From the NCBI GenBank assembly GCA_950097015.1, contig CATNEN010000007.1, positions 1,302,001 to 1,366,000 of the forward strand: a stretch of DNA of 64,000 bases. Direction: 5' to 3'. This DNA is from Macrostomum hystrix. Its lineage: Eukaryota; Animalia; Platyhelminthes. Below, in pieces: positions 48,141 through 58,501 of this stretch (position 1 is the stretch's first letter; the number at the start of each line of letters is the position of its first letter). The translations under genes were made by a program, and so were the position numbers. The notes under the pieces are model-generated. The model was not told the DNA's origin, did not search any database, and was given only the letters and a program-made list of their open reading frames with translations.

Positions 48141-50371
48141 ATGGCAACAGAGCCCGCAAAGCAAAGGCCGCAGATGAGCTATCGCTATCTGGGCAAGTCC
48201 GGTCTAAAAGTCTCAGCTCTGTGCATGGGCGCAATGACATTCGGCTCCAGTTCTCGTCCGGGTAACACGGACGAAGCCGGGTCGCACGGCATGCTCGATC
48301 AGTTTGTAAGCTCTGGTGGCAATTTCATAGACACCGCCGATGTGTACGCTGCCGGCCAATCGGAGCGCATCATTGGCACCTGGCTTGCTGCCCGCCGCTG
48401 CCGCCAGTCTGTGGTCTTGGCCACCAAGTTCTACGGTAGGGTGGACGACTCCAGCCAGGATCCGAACTGTCGTGGCGCGTCTAGGCGTCACGTTGTGGCT
48501 GCTTTGGAGGCGAGTCTCGATAGATTGGCCACTGACAGGGTGAGAAATCTCTTGATTTATTACTCCATCAACACCCACCTCAATCAAAAAACATCCGTTG
48601 ACACCCGCCTCAGTTAGACTGGCAGAAAGCAAGGAGACTATTCTGCCCATTCCACTGGGCACCCATCCAACGCCTACCCCACGTTGACACCCACCTCACT
48701 CCCAATCCCTTGTTGACACCCACCTCACTCACTACCCCTCCGTTGACACCCAACTCACTCCCAATCCCTTGTTGACACCCACCTCACTCACTACCCCTCC
48801 GTTGACAACCAATTCACTCCGATCGCTCGTTGGCACCCACGTCGCTCTCTACTCCTCTGTTGTCACCCACCTAACTCTTTAGCCCTCCGTTGACACCCAT
48901 TTCTCCCTTGACCCACCCTTTGGCACCCACCTCACTCTCTACCCCTCCGTCTACACCCACCTCACTCCTACCCCTCTCTGACACCCACCTCACACTCTGC
49001 CGCCCCTTAAGGCCACTCGCCTAACTCTTGATCTCTGCTCCGTCAGTAGCAGCCACTTTAATGGCTAGTGTTCCATTCTTGCTTTTTAATCTTTAATTTA
49101 CTCAGTAGCTGCAATCAATAAATTCCACTGCCAGGTGGATCTGCTGCAGCAGCATTGCTTTGACCCGGCCACGCCGCTGGAGGAGACTCTGCGCACCGCT
49201 CACGATCTAATCCGGTCCGGCAAAGTTCATTACTTCGGCGTCAGCAACTTCACCGGCTGGCAGCTGCAGAAGGCCGTCTGCGTCAGCGACAAGCTGGGCT
49301 TGGAGCCGGTGCTGGGCCTGCAGCAGCAGTACAGCCTGCTATCGCGGCAGGCGGAGCTCGAACTCCTGCCCGTCTGCGCCAATGAGGGCGTCGGCCTATT
49401 GGCCTGGAGTCCGCTGAAGGGCGGCCTCCTCACTGGTTGGTTTCTTATAACTTTCCTATGAGCCTACATTCTCTGCCTACCATTGTTGTCTAACCTTCTT
49501 CAACACCCAGCTCACTCAAAAAACAACCGTTGACACCCACCTCTGTTAGACGCGTCTCCCTGCTCACCAGTCTCCTTGTTTAACCTACTCTCCCTGCCCA
49601 CCTGTCTCCTTGTTTAACCTACTCTCCCTGCCCACCTGTCTCCTTGTTTAACCTACTCTCCCTGCCCACCAGTCTCCTTGTTTAACCTACTCTCCCTGCC
49701 CACCAGTCTCCTTGTTTGACCTACTCTCCCTGCCCACCAGTCTCCTTGTTTAACCTACTCTCCCTGCCCACCAGTCTCCTTGTTTAACCTACTCTCCCTG
49801 CCCACCAGTCTCCTTGTTTAACCTACTCTCCCTGCCCACCAGTCTCCTTGTTTAACCTACTCTCCCTGCCCACCAGTCTCCTTGTTTAACGTTCCCTTCT
49901 TCCTCGCGTCAGTCTCAGCCATCACTTCCACTTGCAGGCAAATTCCCTCGTCCTGATGCCGCCACGACAGTCGCGGCTCCCGATCCGACCACCCGAGTCG
50001 GCTGGGGCGCCACCGTCGGCTTGGCCAACGAGTCCCACCCGAGCTGGAACCGGTTCGCTGCTGACCCGGCCTACTGGCGCGTCATCGACGCCGTGAACTC
50101 CGTGGCGACAAGTCGCGGCGTGTCTCCTAGCCAAGTGGCTCTGCGCTGGCTGCTGCACCAGCCCACCGTGGCGTCGGTGATTATCGGCGCTAAGACGCCG
50201 GCCCAGCTAGCCGAGAATTTAGCCAGCGAGTCGTGGCGACTCACACCGGAGGAGGTGCAGTCGCTGACAGCGGCTTCTGCCGTTGAACTGGCTTATCCGT
50301 ACGAAATGCAGGCCAGGAATAGCGCGGCAGGCGACCGGCTGAGGTTCAGGAATCCGGACTGCATTTGGTAG
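48141..50371 (+). CDS. Aldo-keto reductase, YajO/IolS/Tas-like subfamily, 3 exons, ~377 aa
   Basis: Exons 48141-48539, 49135-49435 and 49938-50371, phase-consistent [37 protein letters not shown] (catalytic D, Y), LATK (K), DLLQQH (H), [44 protein letters not shown]. Confidence 0.95.
48590..49010. repeat. Degenerate tandem repeat in AKR intron 1
   Basis: Recurrent GTTGACACCCACCTCACTC. Confidence 0.8.
49560..49890. repeat. 34-bp minisatellite in AKR intron 2
   Basis: Unit TCTCCTTGTTTAACCTACTCTCCCTGCCCACCAG, about 9 copies. Confidence 0.95.
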
Positions 50372-51200
50372 ATTGGTTGAGTGCAGGCGGACTGACCTGA
50401 GGTGGGTGTTGCAATAGCGTTAGGTTGTTGTTAAGCGGCGTGAGGTTGTTGTTAAGTGGCGTGAGGTTGTTGTTAAGCGGCGTGAGGTGGGTGTTAAGTG
50501 TCGTGAGGAGGGTGCAACTGCCTTTAACTGGATGTGTTTCAAATGTGTTAAGCAGGTGTTTTAGCTTTTTCGGCTTTTTTGCAGTTAATTTGTAGTTTTA
50601 GGTGGACATTTTTGTCTTGTGCATTGTCGATTTGGTCGTCAGGCACTTTGAAAATCGGTAGTTAAATTCGTATTGTGCCAATAAAAACTGTTTATCATGT
50701 CACTTCGATGGTTTTTTGTGCTGGATTGATTTTTTAATTAAAAAACAGATTTTTATTGTCTTTAATTTCTTGTCCCTTTCGAAAAAAGAAATAGTGCTGA
50801 TCTTTTTTATATTTTATTAAATATGATTATATGAGTAAGCAATTCGTATTGATAGCCTTACTATTTACTATATCACTTTTATTGTCCTTTGTCTCTATTC
50901 TAATTTATTTGTGTTAATAGTTATTCATTACTTGGTAGTCACTAGTTGAAATTTCTGCCCTAAGGAAGCAATTCATTTTGTCCTTTTCGTCGGTGATGCG
51001 TCCCCCATCCTCAGTCCATGGACTGAACAGCTGTACACAGGCTTTAGAAGCGCCGCGCAGTGGCTGTTGCTATGCCATTTTCTATGGTTATTAGAAAATC
51101 TTCAGCTTGTTTGTAATGGTTTTTAGGGTTATTTCGATACATATCGGGTCCTGGTACACCCGAGCCTTTTCCCCTGGGCCCGCAGCTCTTATCAGCGGGC

Positions 51201-53081
51201 ATGGCTGAGCTGGACATTGGGCTGCACTGTTGCCAGCCAGGCTGCGGCCAGCTGGACTTCCTGCCGATCTGCTGCCAGGGTTGTCGCCGAGTCTACTGCA
51301 GGCGCCACGCCTCGCTGTCGGTGCACGCCTGCTCGCTGGAGTTCACCAACTGTCTGGCGACAGCGGAGCCGGAGCCCTGCCCAGCCGAAGCTGCATCTGA
51401 GAGCAGGCTTCAGCGAGAGGCCAGTTGCATCGGCTGCTCTCGGCTGATAGCCGCGCCAATTCAGTGCGCCATCTGCGGCGGCTTCGTCTGCGTGGCGCAT
51501 CGTTTCAGCGATTCGCATCCCTGCCTGGGGAATTCGGATTCGGACAGTCGGGCGGCGGAGCAGCCGGTTAAGAGGGCTGAGCTGAGCAATGAGCTGCTGG
51601 AGCAGCTGCGGCGGGCCGACAGTCGCAATTTAGCCGGCTCGGCTGGTGAAGAAAAAAATGTCGGCGGGCAGCACCGTCGACCCGGTCGCAACGAGCGGCA
51701 GCTGGCGTTGATGAAGCTAAAGCTGTCAGCTGTTGGCGACAAGTCTGTGCCGCAGGCTGATAGGGTCTATCTAATGGTGCGCTGGAATGAAGTGCTTGGT
51801 CCTTAAACACTCAAATATATAGGGTTAGAAAATAAGCTGGTTGAATTGAAAGCATTTAAATTTTCGTTTGAGGAAAATCGGTGTGGGTTTGGCATTGTGG
51901 CAGAGCGTTCTAATGCATTTGCCTATCGCACCAAGGTCAGTGAGCTCGACTGCGTTTGCTTTGCAGCCGCATTGTGGAGGCTTGGGATCTTGTCTTGCAA
52001 TTTACGCCCTCCTTGTCAAGCCAACCTCTAAGCCATCGTGAGAGTGTGCACTGCCTGACAATGAGAGTTTATTGATTGTGTTAGTGTGTGCCTTCGTACA
52101 GTATCTGTGAGCGGAATGCCCGCTGACTGTTGGTCTACTCACCAAAAGATATTACAAATTTTATTAGGGAGTTAGCCAATGGAGTCTCAAGAAAATTAGG
52201 TTGCAGTTTAGTGAGAACAATGAGGGGTTGGTATTAATAGTTTACATTGGGGATAAAACGATGAGGTTTGGTCTTTTATGGTGTACATTGAGGGATAGGA
52301 AGATTAGGGTTTGGTCTTGCAGAGTGTACATTGGGAATAGAACGATAAGGTTTGGTCTTTTATGGTGTACATTGAGGGATAGGAAGATTAGAGTTTGGTT
52401 TTGCAGAGTGTACATTGGGGATAGAACGATAAGGTTTGGTCTTTTATGGTGTACATTGAGGGATAGGAAGATTAGGGTTTTATCTTGCAGAGTACATTGG
52501 GGATAGGAAGATGAGGGTTTTGTCTTGAAGTGTACATTGAGGTTCAGAAAAATAAAGTTTGCGAGTGTTTAGACTACTCTAATAAGGTCCGGAAGTAATA
52601 TGGTAAAATCTTGGAAAACGTACACAGAGAAGTTATGCAATTGATTGTTTTCTAAATCAAGTCGAGTTATTGTCGAAAGTGAAAGGGGGTTCCGTGTAAA
52701 ATATTTTCGGCTATTTGTATTTTACTGACTTCCAACCTTCCTACTTACTTCCACCTTCAGGTCCAACCTGACTGCCAGCAACAGCAGCAGCCGCAGCAGC
52801 CGCTAGCGGTCTTCTTTTCCCGTCACTGGCCAGTGGGCAAGGCAACGGACAGCCTGGCAGCTCGTCTAGGAGTTCCTCCAGTGCGCCGGCAGCCAAAGGA
52901 TGAGCGCCTCTCACTGCTGCTGCCCAGCGATTCAGACGATGATGGTCCTCCGGCGGAAGTTGCGACTCAGCGGCGGCCACGGCGCCTGCTGCTTCCGGGA
53001 GACACCATAGCGACTTGCCTGAAGAGGGGCGACTTCTCTGACGGCGATCGCCTGTTGTTGACCTACTGTGCCGCCCCCTGA
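51201..53081 (+). CDS. ZFAND1: AN1-type zinc finger protein 1-like (two AN1 fingers plus C-terminal ubiquitin-like domain), 2 exons, ~298 aa
   Basis: Exons 51201-51776 and 52761-53081, phase 0. MAELDIGLHC..PGCGQLDFLPICCQGCRRVYCRRH...HAC, second finger C..C...CVAHRFSDSHPC, ALMKLKLSAVGDKSVPQADRVYL, VFFSRHWPVGKATDSLA. Confidence 0.88.
52230..52545. repeat. 84-bp (two ~42-bp subunits) tandem repeat in the ZFAND1 intron
   Basis: GTACATTGGG..AGAACGATAAGGTTTGGTCTTTTATGGTGTACATTGAGGGATAGGAAGATTAG repeated 3-4 times. Confidence 0.85.
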
Positions 53082-53330
53082 CCCACTGTGCCCCCACCTG
53101 ACCCACTGCTGATCTACTGTGCCCTCACCTGACCCACTGCTGATCTACTGTTCCCCCTCCTGACCCACTGTGCCCCCTTACCAACTGTGCCACCTGACCC
53201 AGTGTGCCCCCTCCTGACCCACTGCTGACCTACTGTGCCCCCTCCTGACCCACTGCTGATCTACTGTTCCCCCTCCTGACCCACTGCTGACCCAGTGTGC
53301 CCCCACCTGACCCACTGCTGACCTACTGAA
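53075..53330. repeat. Degenerate repeat beginning at the ZFAND1 stop codon
   Basis: Units of CCTGACCCACTGCTGAYCTACTGTGCCCC. Confidence 0.85.
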
Positions 53331-53891
53331 ATTCGTTTAAGTCCATCTAAAACTCTCAATTTCTTAGATTTCCTTTCACTGTTTCAGTTATATGTATCTG
53401 GTATAAGCCGAAGCTTTGAAGGCTTATCTTGTTGATTTTCTAATGCCTTCTTGTTTTCTATTCATAATTTATTTAGTTCCTCAAAGTTTTTAGAGGTCGG
53501 AGTAACTAGTTGCCTATATGTATCGAAAAAAGCATTAAATATAGTACAAATGAAAAGTTTAATAATAATATTTGCACGGCTGAGGGCACTGGCACATCAT
53601 TTTGTTACAGTAGATTCGCAGTCAGGCAATTCTGCCCATTCCGCTGACTCCTGAGCACACACTCACACAGGCGGGTACATCTGCAATGAATTTCTCATCG
53701 TCAGGCAGTGCACACTCTCACTGTACCGTGGAGGTGGGCCCTCAATGGCGTAAATTGCACGAAAAGTTCCCAAGCCTTCTCTCCGCGACTTCGTCCCAAC
53801 TGCAATTTCAGCACTGACTTATTTGTGCATTGCCAATTGGTAATCTAAAGAAGAGCAGAGAGCAGAAAATTTATTAACTTAGATTTAGACA

Positions 53892-55761
53892 ATGCTTTCG
53901 GCATCGCCGACCAATGCGCCGCCTGTGCCGCTATCTCGGGTGCAGCAGATTGACCCGGCCTGCACACAGCTGCTGGAGCAGTCCGGTCCCTGCGATCTGT
54001 ACAGGTGCGGCCCGACCGGTTGGGCCAAGTGCCAGAGCCAGGATCAGCGCAGCGGCCAGGTAAGGAGCCAAACTCTGGGGATATCTGATCTATAGGGATC
54101 TTGGAATCTACTCCCTGAAAGATGGGATCTTGGAATCTACTCCTTGATAGATGGGGATCTTGGAATCTACTCCCTGAAAGATGGGGATCTTGGAATCTAC
54201 TCCCTGAAAGATGGTGATCTTGGAATCTACTCCCTGAAAGATGGGGATCTTGGAATCTACTCCCTGAAAGATGGGGATCTTGGAATCTACTCCCTGAAAG
54301 ATGGTGATCTTGGAATCTACTCCCTGAAAGATGGTGATCTTGGAATCTACTCCTTAATAGATGGGATCTTGGAATCTACTCCTTAATAGATGGGATCTTG
54401 GAATCTACTCCTTGATAGATGGGATCTTGGAATCTACTCCTTAATAGATGGGATCTTGGAATCTACTCCTTAATAGATGGGATCTTGGAATCTACTCCTT
54501 AATAGATGGGATCTTGGAATATACTCCCTGAAAGATGGCATCTTGGAATCTACTCCTTGATAGATGGGATCTTGGAATCTGCTACTTGAAACATGGGGAT
54601 CTTGGAATTCACTCTCTGAAGTATAAGTGACTTGAATTAACAGGCCCACAAATCCGCAGTTCTAAAATTGCGCTTAATTCCTGTTTCCCTCTCTTTAGGG
54701 CCGGCTAGTTCTCTACAATCGGTCAGCCTCGCCGAGGCACGCCTTCGCCGTCATTGGCTGCGGCGCCGCCGATCGGGTTCAACTGTTGGTGGCTGGTGGC
54801 GCGTGGCCGCACGCGGAGCCGCCCTTCCTGCTGTTCAGCGACGGCGCTGGCTCCGCTGGCGACCGCCACGGCGTCTGGTTTCGCAACGAGACCGACTGCC
54901 ACCGGTTGGCCGACCGGCTGGCCCGACTAGCTCTCGGCGACTGCTCGGACCAGCCAGCAGCTTGCGTCGAGCGCTCCGCCAGCTCTAGCGCTGTGGTGGC
55001 CGCAGAGGACAGGCCTGCTTCAGGCGCCGGCGGCGGCGGCAGCATTGTTGAGATGCTGGGCCGGGCCCAGGCTGAGTATGAAGCCGCGGCCGCGGCTGCC
55101 AGAGGAGCGGAAACCTGCGAGTTGGTGAGAGCCCGCAGATCTCCGGAATGCATGACCCCCGGATACTGACCTGCCCTCCGCCCACTCCCGCAATGACCTG
55201 CAGGTTGCCAGGCGAATTCGTCAGCAGCTGGGACTCGCTCAGCCAGAGGAGAAGGCTGCTGCTGCTGCCGATCACAGTACCAGGGAAGACCAGCGGCAGA
55301 GTCATGTCAGTACATATAACTCACATCTTTGTGTCCCTATATGTATCGAAATATTAATTATAGCCGAATTTAAGATTTAAAGTCCCTTTGATTCTGCCTC
55401 TATATTTCTACTTTTAAATATCTAGCAACAGCAGCAGCAGGAGCCGCTGCCGGAGTCGCCGGCCAATGCAACCGAAGAAGAATTCCTGCTCACTCCCGGC
55501 ATGCTGGAGTCACCGCCTTTGCCTCTGCAGTTACTGCAGCAGCCTCTGGCACCGCCGCCGCCGCAGAGAAGCCAGCCTGACGGAGAGGATACGGAGGCCG
55601 CTCCAGCCGTCCTTGAAGAGGCCAACGCAGCATTGCCAACAGCAGCCAGGCAGCATCTGTGCGACAGTCTGGCGAACCTGCTAGACCAGGACGAGGATTT
55701 CCTGAGCTGCGTGCACAGGGCCTACATTGCCAGCCTGCAGAAGCGACTCAGAGCCGCTTGA
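53892..55761 (+). CDS. DCP1: mRNA-decapping enzyme subunit DCP1, 3 exons, ~309 aa
   Basis: Exons 53892-54059, 54699-55124 and 55426-55761, all phase 0. EVH1-like LSRVQQIDP, GRLVLYNRSASPRHAF, EPPFLLF, GVWFRNETDCHRL. Also IVEMLGRAQAEYE, LLTPGML and the C-terminal trimerisation-type LCDSLANLLDQDEDFLSCVHRAY. Confidence 0.82.
54085..54600. repeat. 30/29-bp minisatellite in DCP1 intron 1
   Basis: Unit GATGGGGATCTTGGAATCTACTCCCTGAAA. Confidence 0.95.
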
Positions 55762-55786
55762 GCAGTGCATTGCTGCGATCTTACTT

Positions 55787-56615
55787 AATGGATTGCTAGC
55801 CTGACCCTACTGAATCAGGTTCTAGAATGGATTGCTAGCCTGACCCTACTGAATCAGGTTCTAGAATGGATTGCTAGCCTGACCCTACTGAATCAGGTTA
55901 TAGAATGGATTGCTAGCCTGACCCTACTGAATCAGGTTATAGAATGGATTGCTAGCCTGACCCTACTGAATCAGGTTATAGAATGGATTGCTAGCCTGAC
56001 CCTACTGAATCAGGTAATAGAATGGATTGCTAGCCTGACCCTACTGAATCAGGTAATAGAATGGATTGCTAGCCTGACCCTACTGAATCAGGTTATAGAA
56101 TGGATTGCTAGCCTGACCCTACTGAATCAGGTTCTAGAACGGATTGCTAGCCTGACCCTACTGAATCAGGTTCTAGAATGGATTGCTAGCCTGACCCTAC
56201 TGAATCAGGTTATAGAATGGATTGCTAGCCTGACCCTACTGAATCAGGTTATAGAATGGATTGCTAGCCTGACCCTACTGAATCAGGTTATAGAATGGAT
56301 TGCTAGCCTGACCCTACTGAATCAGGTAATAGAATGGATTGCTAGCCTGACCCTACTGAATCAGGTAATAGAATGGATTGCTAGCCTGACCCTACTGAAT
56401 CAGGTTATAGAATGGATTGCTAGCCTGACCCTACTGAATCAGGTTTTAGAATGGATTGCTAGCCTGACCCTACTGAATCAGGTTATAGAATGGATTGCTA
56501 GCCTGATCCTACTGAATCAGGTTATAAAATGGATTGCTAGCCTGACCCTACTGAATCAGGTTATAAAATGGATTGCTAGCCTGATCCTACTGAATCAGGT
56601 TATAAAATGGATTGC
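55787..56615. repeat. 39-bp minisatellite starting ~25 nt after the DCP1 stop
   Basis: Unit AATGGATTGCTAGCCTGACCCTACTGAATCAGGTTATAG, about 21 copies. Confidence 0.96.
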
Positions 56616-58501
56616 TTGGTTTTTTGGTTTTTACATTTATGTCAGTCCCACCAAGCCAATCAATCCCCATGCTTGCCAGTTGATATAGATTAGTATTTAC
56701 ACGTTGCAACAGTGCAAGGCTTTTTTCCTTTGTTACAAGCCTGGCTCACCTCATCGCACATCGCACAACGAGAGGCATTTCAATTGCTACGCGTTTTTAC
56801 ACTACTGTCCGCTCACTTCCAGTAGTATAAATAGAACTTAACAGGAGTTGTGCTGCGAGTTTTGCAGTTCCTCTTTTCTTTGAAGGACAATTGTTAGCAC
56901 AAATTTTGTCTTCATAAAAAATGATTAAGCTCGTACAACAGGCAAATTGCCAGACGTTCGATTTAAATATAGCAATAGTTGATCAGTGTATAATGTAAAA
57001 CTACAAACGATTGTTAATATAAAAATGTTCAATAAATAAGTATTAGTTTCATTAAATAAAGAAATTCCAAGTATATAAGAAGGGAGACAGAATTGTAACC
57101 GATGCGAGAGGTCTAGAATAGCAAATGTAAAGCAGGGAATAAAGTAATTGTCAATTTAAACAACAGCCTGTGTTAGCTTTAAAGGCATTGAAAAATTTGC
57201 TTTATCAATAATCCACAAATTAAAGTGATTTTTAATTGCACGATATAACAAACTTTGCTTTGATAACTAACAAACAGATATAATCTTGTCCCGCGATGGA
57301 AATACAGAGAACTTTTACTTAAAATATCGGTCGCTTCGTCATCAAATCGAATTAACTGGTTGATGGCACGCGTGGACCAACGGTAATTGGGACACTAATT
57401 ATTGGGCGAGAATAGCAAAATATCAAGTATACGAGTGTAGAGACAGGGGAAAAACAGACAAACAGGTAAGCTAGATAATTTTTTGCATGCAGAACACAAT
57501 GTCAGACGGAAGCCTTGGGATGGGAGCACAATGGCATGATTGGGTCGCGAAACAGATCTATATATATATAGATAATAAGGCGAGTGGGATTGGTTGGTTT
57601 ATTGAGTCACGTGACCGCAAAATAAAAATTTTAATGAATAGCTAACAAGCAGGGACTAACAGAAAGCATTAAAGTCATGCGTGCGCTGATTAAAGAAGCG
57701 ACTGCGGCTAAATCTCTCAACAATGTGAAGCAAAGATCTGGGTGGCAACTAACAAAATACGCATAGCAACTAAAAATACTTATGGAAACAGATTTTCCCT
57801 GACATATCGCCATAGCAACAGGCTTGTGATTGGATTATAGGTAGCGACCGATCAAATCTCTTACTAATATATATTCCCCCTGTTATCGTCACGGTACTGA
57901 CTCGCCATCAAAACAATGAACTGATTAATAACTGACGGCTGTCAAAAAGTGACTAAAAATGATTGGCGAGGACAATATGCGCAGAAATAATGCTAGAAAT
58001 TCAGTGCTGTTGGACTTAGTGAGTCAAGTTGAGACAAAGAGAGGGGCAGACGCATGACGTAATCAAATAAAAAAGAAATAATAAAAAAACATACAGAAAT
58101 CAGTAATCGAGATAACAGAAGTCACTTACTGCAATGCCCTGCACTGTTTTTGCCACAGTTCTTCGAGTTAGAAAAATTCTGGAAACACGACCATTGCTGA
58201 CGTACTTATATTCAAATTCATAATATGTTGCTGTTGTAACAATAGCAAGCCCCATTATATCTGAATCTTTACAAACGTTAGCCGTTTGTTCTTTTGTTTT
58301 AGCGATATTTAAACTAGCAACGAAGTTTAATATCGGGATCTGGATGACATAATATAATTAAATTGATCTAAAAGTACTTATAACAGAAAGTACTTTTAAC
58401 AAAATAAAAGTACTTTTAATAAAATAAGAGTGTACTTTATCTTATACTCAACAGTCGTGTTTCCCTTAGTTTTGGCGGCCATAATAGCCTTACACTGCGG
58501 C

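Noticed and set aside
57555-58330. A|TCTATATATATATAG Helitron-like 5' end
   Set aside because: No hairpin plus CTRR|T 3' end was found, so an element cannot be delimited.
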